Positions 17,478 through 27,965 of a DNA stretch of 35,206 nt are shown in pieces; position 1 is the stretch's first letter, and each line of letters opens with the position of its first letter. The notes beneath the pieces were generated by a model. That model did no database searches, was not told the origin of the DNA, and saw nothing but the letters and a program-made list of their open reading frames with translations. The stretch lies in assembly GCA_024704765.1 (NCBI GenBank), contig JAKMXF010000341.1, positions 186,704 through 221,909 on the forward strand, in the 5' to 3' direction. This stretch comes from Oopsacas minuta. Taxonomy: Eukaryota > Animalia > Porifera. The translations under genes were made by a program, and so were the position numbers.

Positions 17478-20400
17478 ATGTCGAAAAACGTTGTTTCACG
17501 CAAGGAGAGTCGAATCAAAGGAATATTCAGTTCCAAGAAGGTTCCCGTTGAGAAGAGACTCGAAATTTCCCCTCCCACTTCAGGCTATCGGCCCGGACAT
17601 TCAAGTTTGGCAACGACAGACATCAATACAATTATACCCCCTATCCCTCGTCTCCCTACCTCCCCTCCCTCTCTGGCAACCATTAATAATGCTCCAACCT
17701 ACCATCGGGATAAGCAAATCATCCCGTTATCCAACAGAGAGTCTTCTAAGTCTCTGATGAGTTCTATGGACACTATTCCTTTCCCTCAGTACGATAAGCC
17801 TCCTCCTTCTAATCTTACTCCATCTAATCACGCTGGATCTTTTCATGATCTCATCCTAAACTTCAATTCCAGTCCCCGTACCCCGCTTCGCTACCAGTCC
17901 CGTCTCGAGCTGGACCTGGTTTCCAGAGATGTGCACGTGGAGCCTGAACAGGTCGGACAGACCGTGGAGGTAGCACCACGGTCTGTTATACTCTACAAGA
18001 GTGCTACAGGGGACTTCGGCTTCTCCATGAACAGATGTGCTCCTGATGAGATCCCTCTGCATATCTTAGAACCCCGTAACACCAACACAACACAGAACGG
18101 ACTAATATCTGGTGACAGATTGGTAGAAGTGAATAACTACAATGTAGAGCAGTGTACACATGATCAGGTGGTAGATATTATACGTAACTGTGGAGACTCA
18201 GTAGAACTACAGGTTGTAGCACCTCCTGAATTGTATGAGCTAGCTATCAGAGGAGCACTAGTACCTCTCACTACACAAGCTAAGAAAACCTCTACTTCTG
18301 CTCCTCTCAGACGTAAGAGCTTCCATCAACGTACTGTACACTCTAATTTTATCGGTCGTATGCAGAAGAAATCAGCCCTGCGTATACGTAACTCAATCAG
18401 AGAGCCTTCTGACACCACAGGGCTACACTGGTTGGTTCATAAGGCAGGTTATTGTGGAGTTATACCAGTAGATGACGTCACATCTACATCCAGTAATCCT
18501 CCGGGTATGGGACGGTATAGCGATCTAAAGCGGAGTGTATCCGGTCTAGTGGATGGGTATAGGGTTAAGGTAGCAGAGACAGGACAGGTATTGTCAGTGG
18601 ATCATGATGACGTAGAACCAGCTCAGAACATAGTACAGGGTATTGAGAATCTAGCAGAACTGACATACCTGAATGAAACTAACTGTATACACGTACTACG
18701 TACTCGCTATAACAATTCTTTAGTACACACCTATGCAGGTAGACATCTTATTGTAATAAATCCTATCCGTGAGTTGAAGTGCTTCAGTGAGAGAGTAATA
18801 GAAATGTTTCGGGGCTGTCAGAAGGATGACATGCCTCCACACATATTCGCTGTAGCTCAGACTGCTTATAGCGAGATGAGATTCTCAAGACAGGACCAGA
18901 CTCTGGTAATGCAGGGTACTTCAGGCTCCGGTAAGACATATAATGCTCGATATGTGTTCGGATATCTGAGTACAATAGCAGCTTATCCACATAGTGAGCT
19001 AACTAAGGAGACGTTCTTCGCTGCAGAAGTACTACTGCTGTCAATGGGGAGTGCTTCTACCCGTCTCAACGGACAAGCTACTCGCTTTACTAATTTCACT
19101 TCTCTACAATTCGACTCTTTGGGAAGACTAGTATCAGCTGTCATTACTCCCTACCTCCTAGAGAGGAACCGTGTAGTAGAGCCTCCCCCCGGAGAGCAGA
19201 ACTATAATATATTCTATCAGCTGTACTTCTCAGCTGAGGAACAGCTGAGTGCTGACCTGTTACTAAATCAGAACTACTCTAATGATAAACCACATCTAAA
19301 CTTCAGTGACATATCACTAGACTCAGCTGAATACAACTTCCTGTGGAATCTTATCCAGCACTCTCTACAGCTATTGGATATATCAGAGGAGGAGGCACGA
19401 GGTATATGGAGTCTGCTAGCTGCTGTATACCATCTAGGACATGCAGGTGCGACTGTAACACCTAAGGGGACAGGGAAGTTTAACGACCCAGTAGCTGCAC
19501 AGAATGCTGCTACTACTCTAGGAACTAATGTAGATACTCTCCAGCAGGAGTTATTCTATCACATGAATACAGCTAGGACAAGCTACTCAAGTAGTGTAGG
19601 ACTAAACTCTCCTTCTGCTTCCATCAACTCTAACAGCTCAGCATCTAGCTCTCTCTCCCCAGCTGCTAGAGCACAAGCTGCTGTCAAATGGTTCATGATA
19701 GGTCTGTATGAGCATGCCTTCCATGCTATGGTACTTCTGATCAACAGAGCTCTCAGAGGAGTTAGCTCTCATAACAAGTCTAACGTAACCTCTATCAATG
19801 TACTAGATACTCCAGGTTTCCAGAATTACAGTATTGCCTCAGAGACTGCTTCATTTGATGATCTCTGTCATAACTACACACAGGAGAGACTACAGATGTT
19901 ATTCTTTGATTACTCATTCACACAGGAACTGGATAGGTATATGGAGGAGGAGGTGCCATGGACATTCTCAGAGACCCCTATGAGTCCCTTACGTATCATA
20001 GATGCTATAGATAAGAATTCTTCTCAGCCTAAGTACTCTACTGATCATAAGAACGAGGGTATAGATAGTAAAGGGTTGTTCTGGATACTAGACGAGGAGT
20101 CTTCATTCCCGGGATCTTCTGATCAGATGTTAGTTGAGAGGATTAAGATTAACTTTAATGGTAACATGCAGTCACACAGTAGATCTGCTCCGCCGCTACA
20201 GGTCCAAGGAGAGAGCAAATTCCTGATATCTCACTTCCAGAACAGCTACCCCGTAACATATCACGTCACTAACTGGCTGGAGAGGGTGAGAGAGAACCAT
20301 TCTATCCGGTCCGTACCCGCCATACTCTCCTCCTCCAAGAGACCTCCAATCGCTGCCATCTTCCAGGGGAAAGGTATAGCCTCTGCTTCTCTTAATCTCA

Positions 20401-23400
20401 GTTCACAGGATGGTCCACTCGCTAAGCGTTACAACACCAGGAGGAAGAGTCAGGTAATCCCTGGTATAGCCTCAACAGCTAAGAAGAGCTCTGTACCTCT
20501 ACTGACTAAGTTCTATCTGGACTTCATAATGGATGAAATCAGGAAATCAAACCAGTTCTTTATCTGCTGTATAGTCCCCCATCCTCCAGAGATGTTACCA
20601 TTAGTTGCTAACTCTAGTGAGTTTAATGTACCGTTAGATGACTTTAATATTCCATTCGTACGCAAACAGCTCAAAGCAGGAGAGCTGCTTAAAGCTACTC
20701 GTATCTTCAAGCAGGGCTATCCGGAGATGATGCACTACTCAGAATTCCTGAGGAGGTTCGGGATACTTGAACAGGGGAAGAACAGGGTACAAGAGTACCG
20801 CAGTCAGAAGGAGCATGCAAAGGAACTACTAGAAGGATTTTTGGGACTTGACAAACTGAAGTATAAACTAGGACAATCCAAGGTATTCTTCCGTGTGGGT
20901 ACTCTTCATCAGATAAACTCTGTGCTAGAGGACAAGACAAACCAGACTCTGATTAACCTACAGACTAGATGTCGGGGGTATCTAGCACGACAACACTTCA
21001 AAGACCTGAAGGTACAGGAGCTAGCGATCAAATGCATACAAAGGAATGTTAAAGTGTTCTTTGATCTGAAAGGGTCTATGTGGTGGGACCTGATGAACGA
21101 AATGAAACCTGTACTAGAAATGAAGAAGACAGAAGATGAGAACAGGAAGCTACGTGACAAGATAGAAACCCTCACTCAGAAACTAGAGCAGTCAGATAAA
21201 GAGCTGGCTATCAAGAGAGAGAATGAAGATCTGCTAGAAGAGAGAATTGTAGCTATGACACAGGCTCTTACGTCAGAACGTGCTCACTCTACAGAGTTAC
21301 AGAATCTACAATCTGCTGAGCAGCTGGCTAACAGAGAGCTCCTAGAGAAAGTATTCAGTCTACAGAAGAGTTTGCAGGTAGCAACAGCTGATTCTGATTC
21401 TCTTAAAGATGAGAATGCTAAATTGTTAGTGAGGACAGAATCTGGCAGAGAAGTTTTTCAATATAACTCTACATCTGCTAATCAAGAGGTGGAGGCTCTG
21501 AAACAGAAGGTATCTCAGTACAAGATTGAGTTGGAGGAGACTTCTATAAGGAAGAAGAAGCTAGATTCTCAGTTTAGAGCTCTTGAGAAGGAGAGAGATG
21601 ATTTCAGCGATAGTCTAGAGCAGTTCAGACGGAGATTCAATAAGGTCAATTCTGAGCTGACGGATGCTCGTATTCATGGAGAGGAACAAGCTTCTAAGTA
21701 CTCAGAGCTTGACAAGAAACAGAGGAAACATGAAGCTGAGTTATCAGTGTTTAAGGAAGCAGCAGCCTCTGAGAAACAGTCCCGTGAGAAGTTGACAAGA
21801 GAGAAACTGACACTAGATGTAGAGCTTGAGAATCTACAGAGTACCTACAAAGCTATGGAGGATCAGTGTAATAAGTTGAAGAAGGCTAATGAGGAAATGC
21901 AGCTCTCTACCAGCACTAATGCTACACATGACCAGCACGAACTATCAGAGCTGAGGAGACAGAGGAATGCTCTGGAGCTACAATGTACTGACCTGGAGGA
22001 GGAGAGAGACGAGATGAGTATACAGTCTGAGAGGCTCGAGCAGGAGAAGCAGCGTCTAGAGTTGGAAGTACAAACTATACGGAGACAGGCCTTGAGAGAG
22101 ACAGAGGGGTTAGAAGATGAAATAGAGAAGACACGAGCTTCATACAACAAAAAGGTTAAGAACCTGGAGCAGCAGATCGAAGAGGAGAGAGAAGACAAGA
22201 GTGCTCTGCTACGAAATAAACGTGACATGGAAATTGAGTTACAACAGCTGAGATCTGAGCCTTCGTTTGATTCAGTAGCAATGCAGAAATTAAGGAAGAA
22301 ACTCATCTTAACCAGAGCTCTCCTAGATGACTCACAATCTGAGATTAAGAATGAGAGAGACAAATCTCAGAAAGCTAAGTCTTCTTACAAGAACATTGTA
22401 TGTCAAATGGAGGAGGGACAAACACAGGTACAGATACTTACTCGTAAGCTACGTAACCTTAACCTAGAGGTAGAGGATAGTAAAGAGAGTAATGAGAAGA
22501 TGCATATGAATATTATTGATCTGAATAAACAGCTGACTGAAGTGATTCGTAACAAGGAAGAGGCAGAAACACAACTTGAAGAGATGGATGAAGATTATAA
22601 GGAGGACAGGATCAAACTGAATAGTGCTACCCAGCAGCTGAGGATATCACAAGCAGAAGTATCCAACCTCCAAGAGAATATACTATCTCTAGAGGACGAT
22701 AAGAAGAGACTAGAAACAAAGATATACGATCTGGAACAACAACTCAAAAAGGAGACTGATGCAAAACGGAAGAGTAGTAATCCTGCTAACGAAACTAGAT
22801 TGCGTGAGTCTGAGTTGAGAGTAGAGCAGGAGATCAGTCACAAGAAGAGAGTACAAAATACGAATCACCGCCTGCAATCACAGCTAGATAAGGTACAAAC
22901 AGAACTAGACCAGCTGAAGGAACATGACCTAACCAAGAAGCTACAGACTGATATTAAGAAGCTACGCAATACTCTCCAGGAGTCAGAGGAGAGAGAGGAG
23001 ATAGCTGTGAAGAAGAAGAGAGAGTTAGAGAGACTGGTAGATGAGAGGGAACAGGACTTAGAGGAGAAGAACGATCAGCTGAGATCTCTGCAACAGCGAT
23101 CTGAAAAACTTAAGAAAACAATGGAAACAGATTTTGATGAAGACCTCTCTCTCGATGATGAAATGTCCACATCCTTTGAGGACTCCCCTCAAATACCCAG
23201 ACACTACCCATACAGTAGAAAATCTAGCTTAGGAGTACAGCACGTGATTGATAATGACTTTGACTTTCCGCGCCATAGCAACCACAAACACGCTTCCTCT
23301 GACTTAATAGACTCAGATGATAATCAATCTGTTCGTAGTTCTCACAGTAGGAATAGCAGCAGGTTTGATTATGATGTCACCATGAATAATAATACTCATC

Positions 23401-23921
23401 GTAAGTCTCATCTAATGCATGAAGATGACGTCACAAAATCAAGTTCCCTACTAATACACTCACGACACTCTCCTACCGACTTCCTGCCTTCCAGGAGTAG
23501 GAATAAGAGACCTGTCTATGAGAATACGCTTGATGAGACATTGACCTCTAACAGAACTAGTGAACTCATCTCCAAATACGACTCATTAGAAGAGATAAAC
23601 AAGATAGGACTAGGGAATCGGCCTAACAGCTCTGCTAGCTCACGAACTCGCAGTATACAAGAGAAGAACTACGGAAGTACGGGTAATGCACAAAAACGCA
23701 ACAAATCAGATCTTCAATTCAGTGACACTGATAGCGTGAACTCAGCTGTTTCCTCTCGGACAGGTCAGCCTGAACCTATGGACGAATCTATAATCTCCCC
23801 TCGAGAGCAGAATCCCTCAGCCACAGGGAAATCCACGAAAGAGAAATTATTAGCCAAACGTCAGAAGAGGAAAGATCGAACTTTTCAACAAGAACAAGTA
23901 TCCACGAGCAATGTTCTTTAG
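17478..23921 (+). CDS. MYO18: Unconventional myosin-18 (PDZ + motor + IQ + coiled coil + Ser-rich tail), 2147 aa, single exon
   Basis: PDZ with TGDFGFSM and GDRLVEVN. WLVHKAGY and VDHDDVE before the motor. Class-18 variant motifs GTSGSGKT, NGQATRF, DTPGFQN. IQ-like LQTRCRGYLARQ. About 650 aa of heptad coiled coil. Confidence 0.95.
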   Translation: MSKNVVSRKESRIKGIFSSKKVPVEKRLEISPPTSGYRPGHSSLATTDINTIIPPIPRLPTSPPSLATINNAPTYHRDKQIIPLSNRESSKSLMSSMDTIPFPQYDKPPPSNLTPSNHAGSFHDLILNFNSSPRTPLRYQSRLELDLVSRDVHVEPEQVGQTVEVAPRSVILYKSATGDFGFSMNRCAPDEIPLHILEPRNTNTTQNGLISGDRLVEVNNYNVEQCTHDQVVDIIRNCGDSVELQVVAPPELYELAIRGALVPLTTQAKKTSTSAPLRRKSFHQRTVHSNFIGRMQKKSALRIRNSIREPSDTTGLHWLVHKAGYCGVIPVDDVTSTSSNPPGMGRYSDLKRSVSGLVDGYRVKVAETGQVLSVDHDDVEPAQNIVQGIENLAELTYLNETNCIHVLRTRYNNSLVHTYAGRHLIVINPIRELKCFSERVIEMFRGCQKDDMPPHIFAVAQTAYSEMRFSRQDQTLVMQGTSGSGKTYNARYVFGYLSTIAAYPHSELTKETFFAAEVLLLSMGSASTRLNGQATRFTNFTSLQFDSLGRLVSAVITPYLLERNRVVEPPPGEQNYNIFYQLYFSAEEQLSADLLLNQNYSNDKPHLNFSDISLDSAEYNFLWNLIQHSLQLLDISEEEARGIWSLLAAVYHLGHAGATVTPKGTGKFNDPVAAQNAATTLGTNVDTLQQELFYHMNTARTSYSSSVGLNSPSASINSNSSASSSLSPAARAQAAVKWFMIGLYEHAFHAMVLLINRALRGVSSHNKSNVTSINVLDTPGFQNYSIASETASFDDLCHNYTQERLQMLFFDYSFTQELDRYMEEEVPWTFSETPMSPLRIIDAIDKNSSQPKYSTDHKNEGIDSKGLFWILDEESSFPGSSDQMLVERIKINFNGNMQSHSRSAPPLQVQGESKFLISHFQNSYPVTYHVTNWLERVRENHSIRSVPAILSSSKRPPIAAIFQGKGIASASLNLSSQDGPLAKRYNTRRKSQVIPGIASTAKKSSVPLLTKFYLDFIMDEIRKSNQFFICCIVPHPPEMLPLVANSSEFNVPLDDFNIPFVRKQLKAGELLKATRIFKQGYPEMMHYSEFLRRFGILEQGKNRVQEYRSQKEHAKELLEGFLGLDKLKYKLGQSKVFFRVGTLHQINSVLEDKTNQTLINLQTRCRGYLARQHFKDLKVQELAIKCIQRNVKVFFDLKGSMWWDLMNEMKPVLEMKKTEDENRKLRDKIETLTQKLEQSDKELAIKRENEDLLEERIVAMTQALTSERAHSTELQNLQSAEQLANRELLEKVFSLQKSLQVATADSDSLKDENAKLLVRTESGREVFQYNSTSANQEVEALKQKVSQYKIELEETSIRKKKLDSQFRALEKERDDFSDSLEQFRRRFNKVNSELTDARIHGEEQASKYSELDKKQRKHEAELSVFKEAAASEKQSREKLTREKLTLDVELENLQSTYKAMEDQCNKLKKANEEMQLSTSTNATHDQHELSELRRQRNALELQCTDLEEERDEMSIQSERLEQEKQRLELEVQTIRRQALRETEGLEDEIEKTRASYNKKVKNLEQQIEEEREDKSALLRNKRDMEIELQQLRSEPSFDSVAMQKLRKKLILTRALLDDSQSEIKNERDKSQKAKSSYKNIVCQMEEGQTQVQILTRKLRNLNLEVEDSKESNEKMHMNIIDLNKQLTEVIRNKEEAETQLEEMDEDYKEDRIKLNSATQQLRISQAEVSNLQENILSLEDDKKRLETKIYDLEQQLKKETDAKRKSSNPANETRLRESELRVEQEISHKKRVQNTNHRLQSQLDKVQTELDQLKEHDLTKKLQTDIKKLRNTLQESEEREEIAVKKKRELERLVDEREQDLEEKNDQLRSLQQRSEKLKKTMETDFDEDLSLDDEMSTSFEDSPQIPRHYPYSRKSSLGVQHVIDNDFDFPRHSNHKHASSDLIDSDDNQSVRSSHSRNSSRFDYDVTMNNNTHRKSHLMHEDDVTKSSSLLIHSRHSPTDFLPSRSRNKRPVYENTLDETLTSNRTSELISKYDSLEEINKIGLGNRPNSSASSRTRSIQEKNYGSTGNAQKRNKSDLQFSDTDSVNSAVSSRTGQPEPMDESIISPREQNPSATGKSTKEKLLAKRQKRKDRTFQQEQVSTSNVL

Positions 23922-24650
23922 CCTTTGTTGTTCATAAACTAAAGCTGTCAATTCCTTGTTGTAATCTGTGTTTGATTATACTGTGAATTCTTAGATTTAA
24001 TCATCAGCAATTATTTACATGTGCACTGCCAATCGAGAACGGTGGACCAGCCTTTGATCCTTCTTGTATTATGCATACAATTTGATAATAAGTATATATT
24101 TTAATGTCGCCTGTTTCTTTTTAGCTTTAATCTGTATCACTCTGTTCTAGAATTATACCCTTTGTATAATTGTATCCTCTAATGTCTCTAATCAGCTAAA
24201 TAAATATCTACCTACTTCCCATCCTTAGTCTGTAATGAGGTTACTTTGAGATTAACCGAATACGGCTGGGAAAATGTGTGATTTTATGACGTAATAAGGT
24301 GCTGGAATCTCGATTTGAGTGCGGGAATTAGATAAAACGAAGTGGTAAAATTACGTGTTCCTTTTTGTTACGAAAGTAACACTTCGGCCGTAATCGGTTA
24401 ATCAATTGATTTTGAACTCAGTTATTCTCCTATCATAATCACAATATTCACATTAACGAGCCTGCCGCTCAATCATTTCGCAATAATAAATTGTCCCCTC
24501 CCCCAATTATTCTCCCCCCCGCCCCCTGTAAATTTACATGTAAGTATTATTAGCTTTATTAAATTTATATTCACAAATGATATTTACAAAAGATCATTCA
24601 GTCAATTAAATATAAATATACCCCTGATTATAATTCAAATCTAGCAATGA

Positions 24651-24720
24651 GGATTTGAATCAAGGCCTTTCGGATTAAATACAAGTATGTAATTAATTGC
24701 AAATTGAACGCGCCACATAC
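24651..24720 (-). other. Possible decayed tRNA-derived sequence (tRNA pseudogene or SINE head)
   Basis: The minus strand reads GTGGCGCGTT...TAATCCGAAAGGCCTTGATTCAAATCC, resembling an A box, variable loop and TTCRAATCC B box. No full cloverleaf. Confidence 0.25.
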
Positions 24721-25671
24721 GCCTGGATAACACCCTAGACTATGCATACATAGCAAAGCTACGGTGCATACTATATGGTGCAACCCCTAGGTAGGGTACG
24801 TATGTATACATTTGGTCCACCCCTTGTTTTCTAGATATAATATTCTATAAATTTCAATAAATAACAGAAATCCTTGGATTGGATTGTATAAACAGAGGAT
24901 CAGTAAATAGGATTGTGAACCCCTAAGAGACCAAAATATTACTCATAATACATAATACACGGTAGCAGTATACTAAAAAGGCCTGAGACGGAAAATTTAT
25001 CCCTTCAAAAATAGGGGTACCATGCAACCAATATTTTCATATAAATTGGTTGTGAGGTGAAGAAAATTGCTAAACCAGTTAATGTGTTAATTTTGGGATC
25101 AAAGTTTTAGTGACTGCATGGACTGGAAAAATAATGGTAAATGATATAAATCCACCAACTAATGATAGTATGAAAAATCGAAAGTACAAAAAGAATCTGA
25201 AGTAAATATAAATCAGTTATTTCGTATAATAATTGGAAGTCAGCAATAGATATATTATCACCAGCAAGGAATTTATTATCCTTCAAAGTATGTCGGTCTT
25301 AGCCTGTCTAATATCGTGATGGAGGCTATTAATAATTACATCCGGATGCGGGATGAGTAACTACCTTTGGGAGAGGATCAGTCTCTTTATTTACAAAATC
25401 TTTGATGTTGGAACTGGCTATGGTTCCGCATGCTGATTTAGAATTTAAACAGCTCATGTGGAGTCTAGAATCACTCAAACCCGCATGCCTAGGACCCCCG
25501 CATGATAAGATTTCCTGCAAAATTATTTAAACGAGGCTTGGTATTTTGGAGAGAGACTCAATTTCGTGTCAAGCACGAATGGTATTTTTATAGTGGGCCA
25601 ATATCGGATTTCTGTGGCGGAATTCACGTTAAGGAATCTGGTAGTGGTAGTAATATATGATTTATGGGTGA

Positions 25672-25905
25672 GGCATTGAATCGTATTTGAAGAAAAACAT
25701 CGACTTTCAGGATATCATTGATGACTTTGCAAAAATGACATCAAGAAAAAGGTTAATTTGACGGATATGTGATAATGCATTTATCTAATTACTTGTATAC
25801 TACATATTGAATGTATTTTCATACAATTGTATTTAGTCTTAATGGAATACGTAGGGCCCGCCAAATGTATGGCCTAGGGCCCCGAAAAGTCTTAATCCGG
25901 CCCTG
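25672..25905 (+). mobile_element. 5'-truncated hAT transposon relic (transposase C-terminus plus right end)
   Basis: 25672-25761 translates GIESYLKKNIDFQDIIDDFAKMTSRKRLI*, typical of the hAT dimerisation-domain end. It is followed by GGGCCC subterminal motifs and CTTAATCCGGCCCTG (TIR CAGGGCCGGATTAAG) ending at 25905. Confidence 0.8.
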
Positions 25906-26159
25906 CACATAATCTATACAGTGGGTATCGCTGATAAGAACACAGGTGCACAGTGAATTCCCTCTAACATTATTCACTAGGGAATTGGTTCTACCCAATG
26001 TTCCCCTCTGGTGAATAATATTTCCTGAACATATATAATTCAGTAGGGAATATGACTCCCCAAACATTAATCTAGTCTCCAGAAAATAGGATTCCCTAAT
26101 CCTTGTAGTTAGTGTTAAGTATTTCGTTGAAACATTATAACATAGGTTTATACGTTCAA

Positions 26160-27659
26160 ATGCAAAATCTCTCTAACAGTCCTACACAAGCTAGACTCTT
26201 GTCTGATATGGAAAAGTGCAGTGAGATTGTATACTCACTGCTGGAAGTAGATCAGAAGCAGAGCGAGCAACATTCTCGTAAACACGTCCTGAATGAAGCT
26301 AAGCTCCCAACCACTGTTAAGACTTCAAGACATCGTAAGAAGATGGCTGTCACTCAGAATCCTCCTCCTGCTAAGAGACATGCTACTAATAACACTAGAG
26401 TAGGAAATAAACAGAATTCCACCACCCTCACTAAGAAAGATAAACCCGATGACTTACCTACTAAACTATCAGCTAGTCACTCTGACGTCACGCTGAGGTC
26501 AACTACTACAGATTACACACTACCTCCCACCTCCTCTATTACATCACCAGCTGTTATCAGCACAGTTCCTGCCTACTCCTCTCAGACCAGTTCTCATCTC
26601 CTTTCTCTAGCTACTCAGAGACTAATGCAGTCTCTAGCTCATAGATTAGACCCCTCCAGGAGCTCTCACTTATCTCTTCCCTACGAATGTCAAGGTCTGT
26701 TACCCCAACTGATGGCGGTAATTCAGCTCCTAGACTCAACTAATCCAAACCCCCTCCCCCTCCCTCCTGCCCTCTCCTCCACCTTCTCCTCTGATCTAGG
26801 TCCTCAGGTGAAACCTCTCTCTACTTCAGACCTCAAAGCTTACAGTCATTCCCTCCTACCAATACGACACGAGGTAGGAACTAATACTGAAAATCCTACA
26901 GCCAGTCGAGCATCCTCTGAGATAGATCAGCTGAGATCTGAGGTGACTAGATTGAAGGATGACAGATGTCGCTTGTCAGAACAGTGTCAACGGTTAGAGA
27001 ATTGTCTACGGAGACTGAGAACTAACAGAGACGAGCTAGCACACCAGTTGTCACAGACTACACGACAGCGTAACAGTCTTAACTCAGCACTACAGCAGCT
27101 GAAAGGTGACCTCAATGATTTTGAAGAGAGAAACAGGATATTTTCTTCAGAACTAGAGAGAGGAAATGAGCTATACAGCTCCTCTGTACGCTCTCTGAAT
27201 AGTTCTATACATCTACTGGACCCTGCTGTCACTCATAGTGCTGAGTTAGATAGTTTAAGTGTAGGTACTCACGTATCTGAGACGATTATAGCTAAGGAAG
27301 CAGAGTTACGGAGAGTGAAATCAAAGTGTGGAGAGTATAAGGATATCTTACTGCACACACACAGGAACTTACTCAAGAGCATGAGAGATACCAACTCTTC
27401 TCAACCTGTGTGTATAGCTGAGACAGTTAGAGAACTAGAGAACTTTGTTAAGCGAGATAAAATCATAGATTCATCAGCTGTTAGTTCTGTCAATAGCTAT
27501 GTCAGACAAACACCTGAGAAACCATCAGCATCGAATGTAATGCCTGTATGTAGTACTCTGACTAATGAGTCAGCATTTGAGGACAGGTTGTACCAACTGG
27601 ATGCACAGATTAGTAAGCTACAGCTTAACATTAATCAAAGCAGAGATCAGTTACATTAA
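26160..27659 (+). CDS. Coiled-coil protein, ~499 aa, tentatively CCDC14-like
   Basis: First ATG at 26160; the ORF track starts at a GTG at 26112. S/T-rich N-terminal half, central heptads (EIDQLRSEV..LKGDLNDFEERN), C-terminal FEDRLYQLDAQISKLQ reminiscent of the CCDC14 C-terminus as I recall it. The CDS is solid; the identity is weak. Confidence 0.75.
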   Translation: MQNLSNSPTQARLLSDMEKCSEIVYSLLEVDQKQSEQHSRKHVLNEAKLPTTVKTSRHRKKMAVTQNPPPAKRHATNNTRVGNKQNSTTLTKKDKPDDLPTKLSASHSDVTLRSTTTDYTLPPTSSITSPAVISTVPAYSSQTSSHLLSLATQRLMQSLAHRLDPSRSSHLSLPYECQGLLPQLMAVIQLLDSTNPNPLPLPPALSSTFSSDLGPQVKPLSTSDLKAYSHSLLPIRHEVGTNTENPTASRASSEIDQLRSEVTRLKDDRCRLSEQCQRLENCLRRLRTNRDELAHQLSQTTRQRNSLNSALQQLKGDLNDFEERNRIFSSELERGNELYSSSVRSLNSSIHLLDPAVTHSAELDSLSVGTHVSETIIAKEAELRRVKSKCGEYKDILLHTHRNLLKSMRDTNSSQPVCIAETVRELENFVKRDKIIDSSAVSSVNSYVRQTPEKPSASNVMPVCSTLTNESAFEDRLYQLDAQISKLQLNINQSRDQLH

Positions 27660-27965
27660 TACAGTCTACTGATCAGATGTACTTTTCTCTTTTAAAGGTT
27701 TAACTTCCATAACTGAATATTCTAGCTCTGCTATGTTGCGTTATTGGATTCAATTTATTGTCAGATTAGTAGTAATAATACATTCCATTTTACCACACAT
27801 GTAGCTAGGATTTATATAAACATTTTCGAAACTGTATGACATATTTCTAGCAATCGAAATATATTAGTTTTCGATTTATTTTCAGCAATTCCGTACTAAC
27901 ATTCCTCTGAATTATATTGTTACCATGATGATAATTCACCTTAGTATATCACGTTGAAGTATTGT

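Noticed and set aside
4808-18230. Functional link between the Eph C-terminal PDZ-binding motif (SVRV) and the nearby MYO18 PDZ domain
   Set aside because: Proximity alone is no evidence in a eukaryote, and nothing in the sequence supports a specific interaction.
24366-24387. TGTTAC-GAAA-GTAACA GNRA hairpin followed by CTTCGG, as a structured RNA
   Set aside because: Only a 6-bp stem, the UUCG has no supporting stem, and no larger fold is evident.
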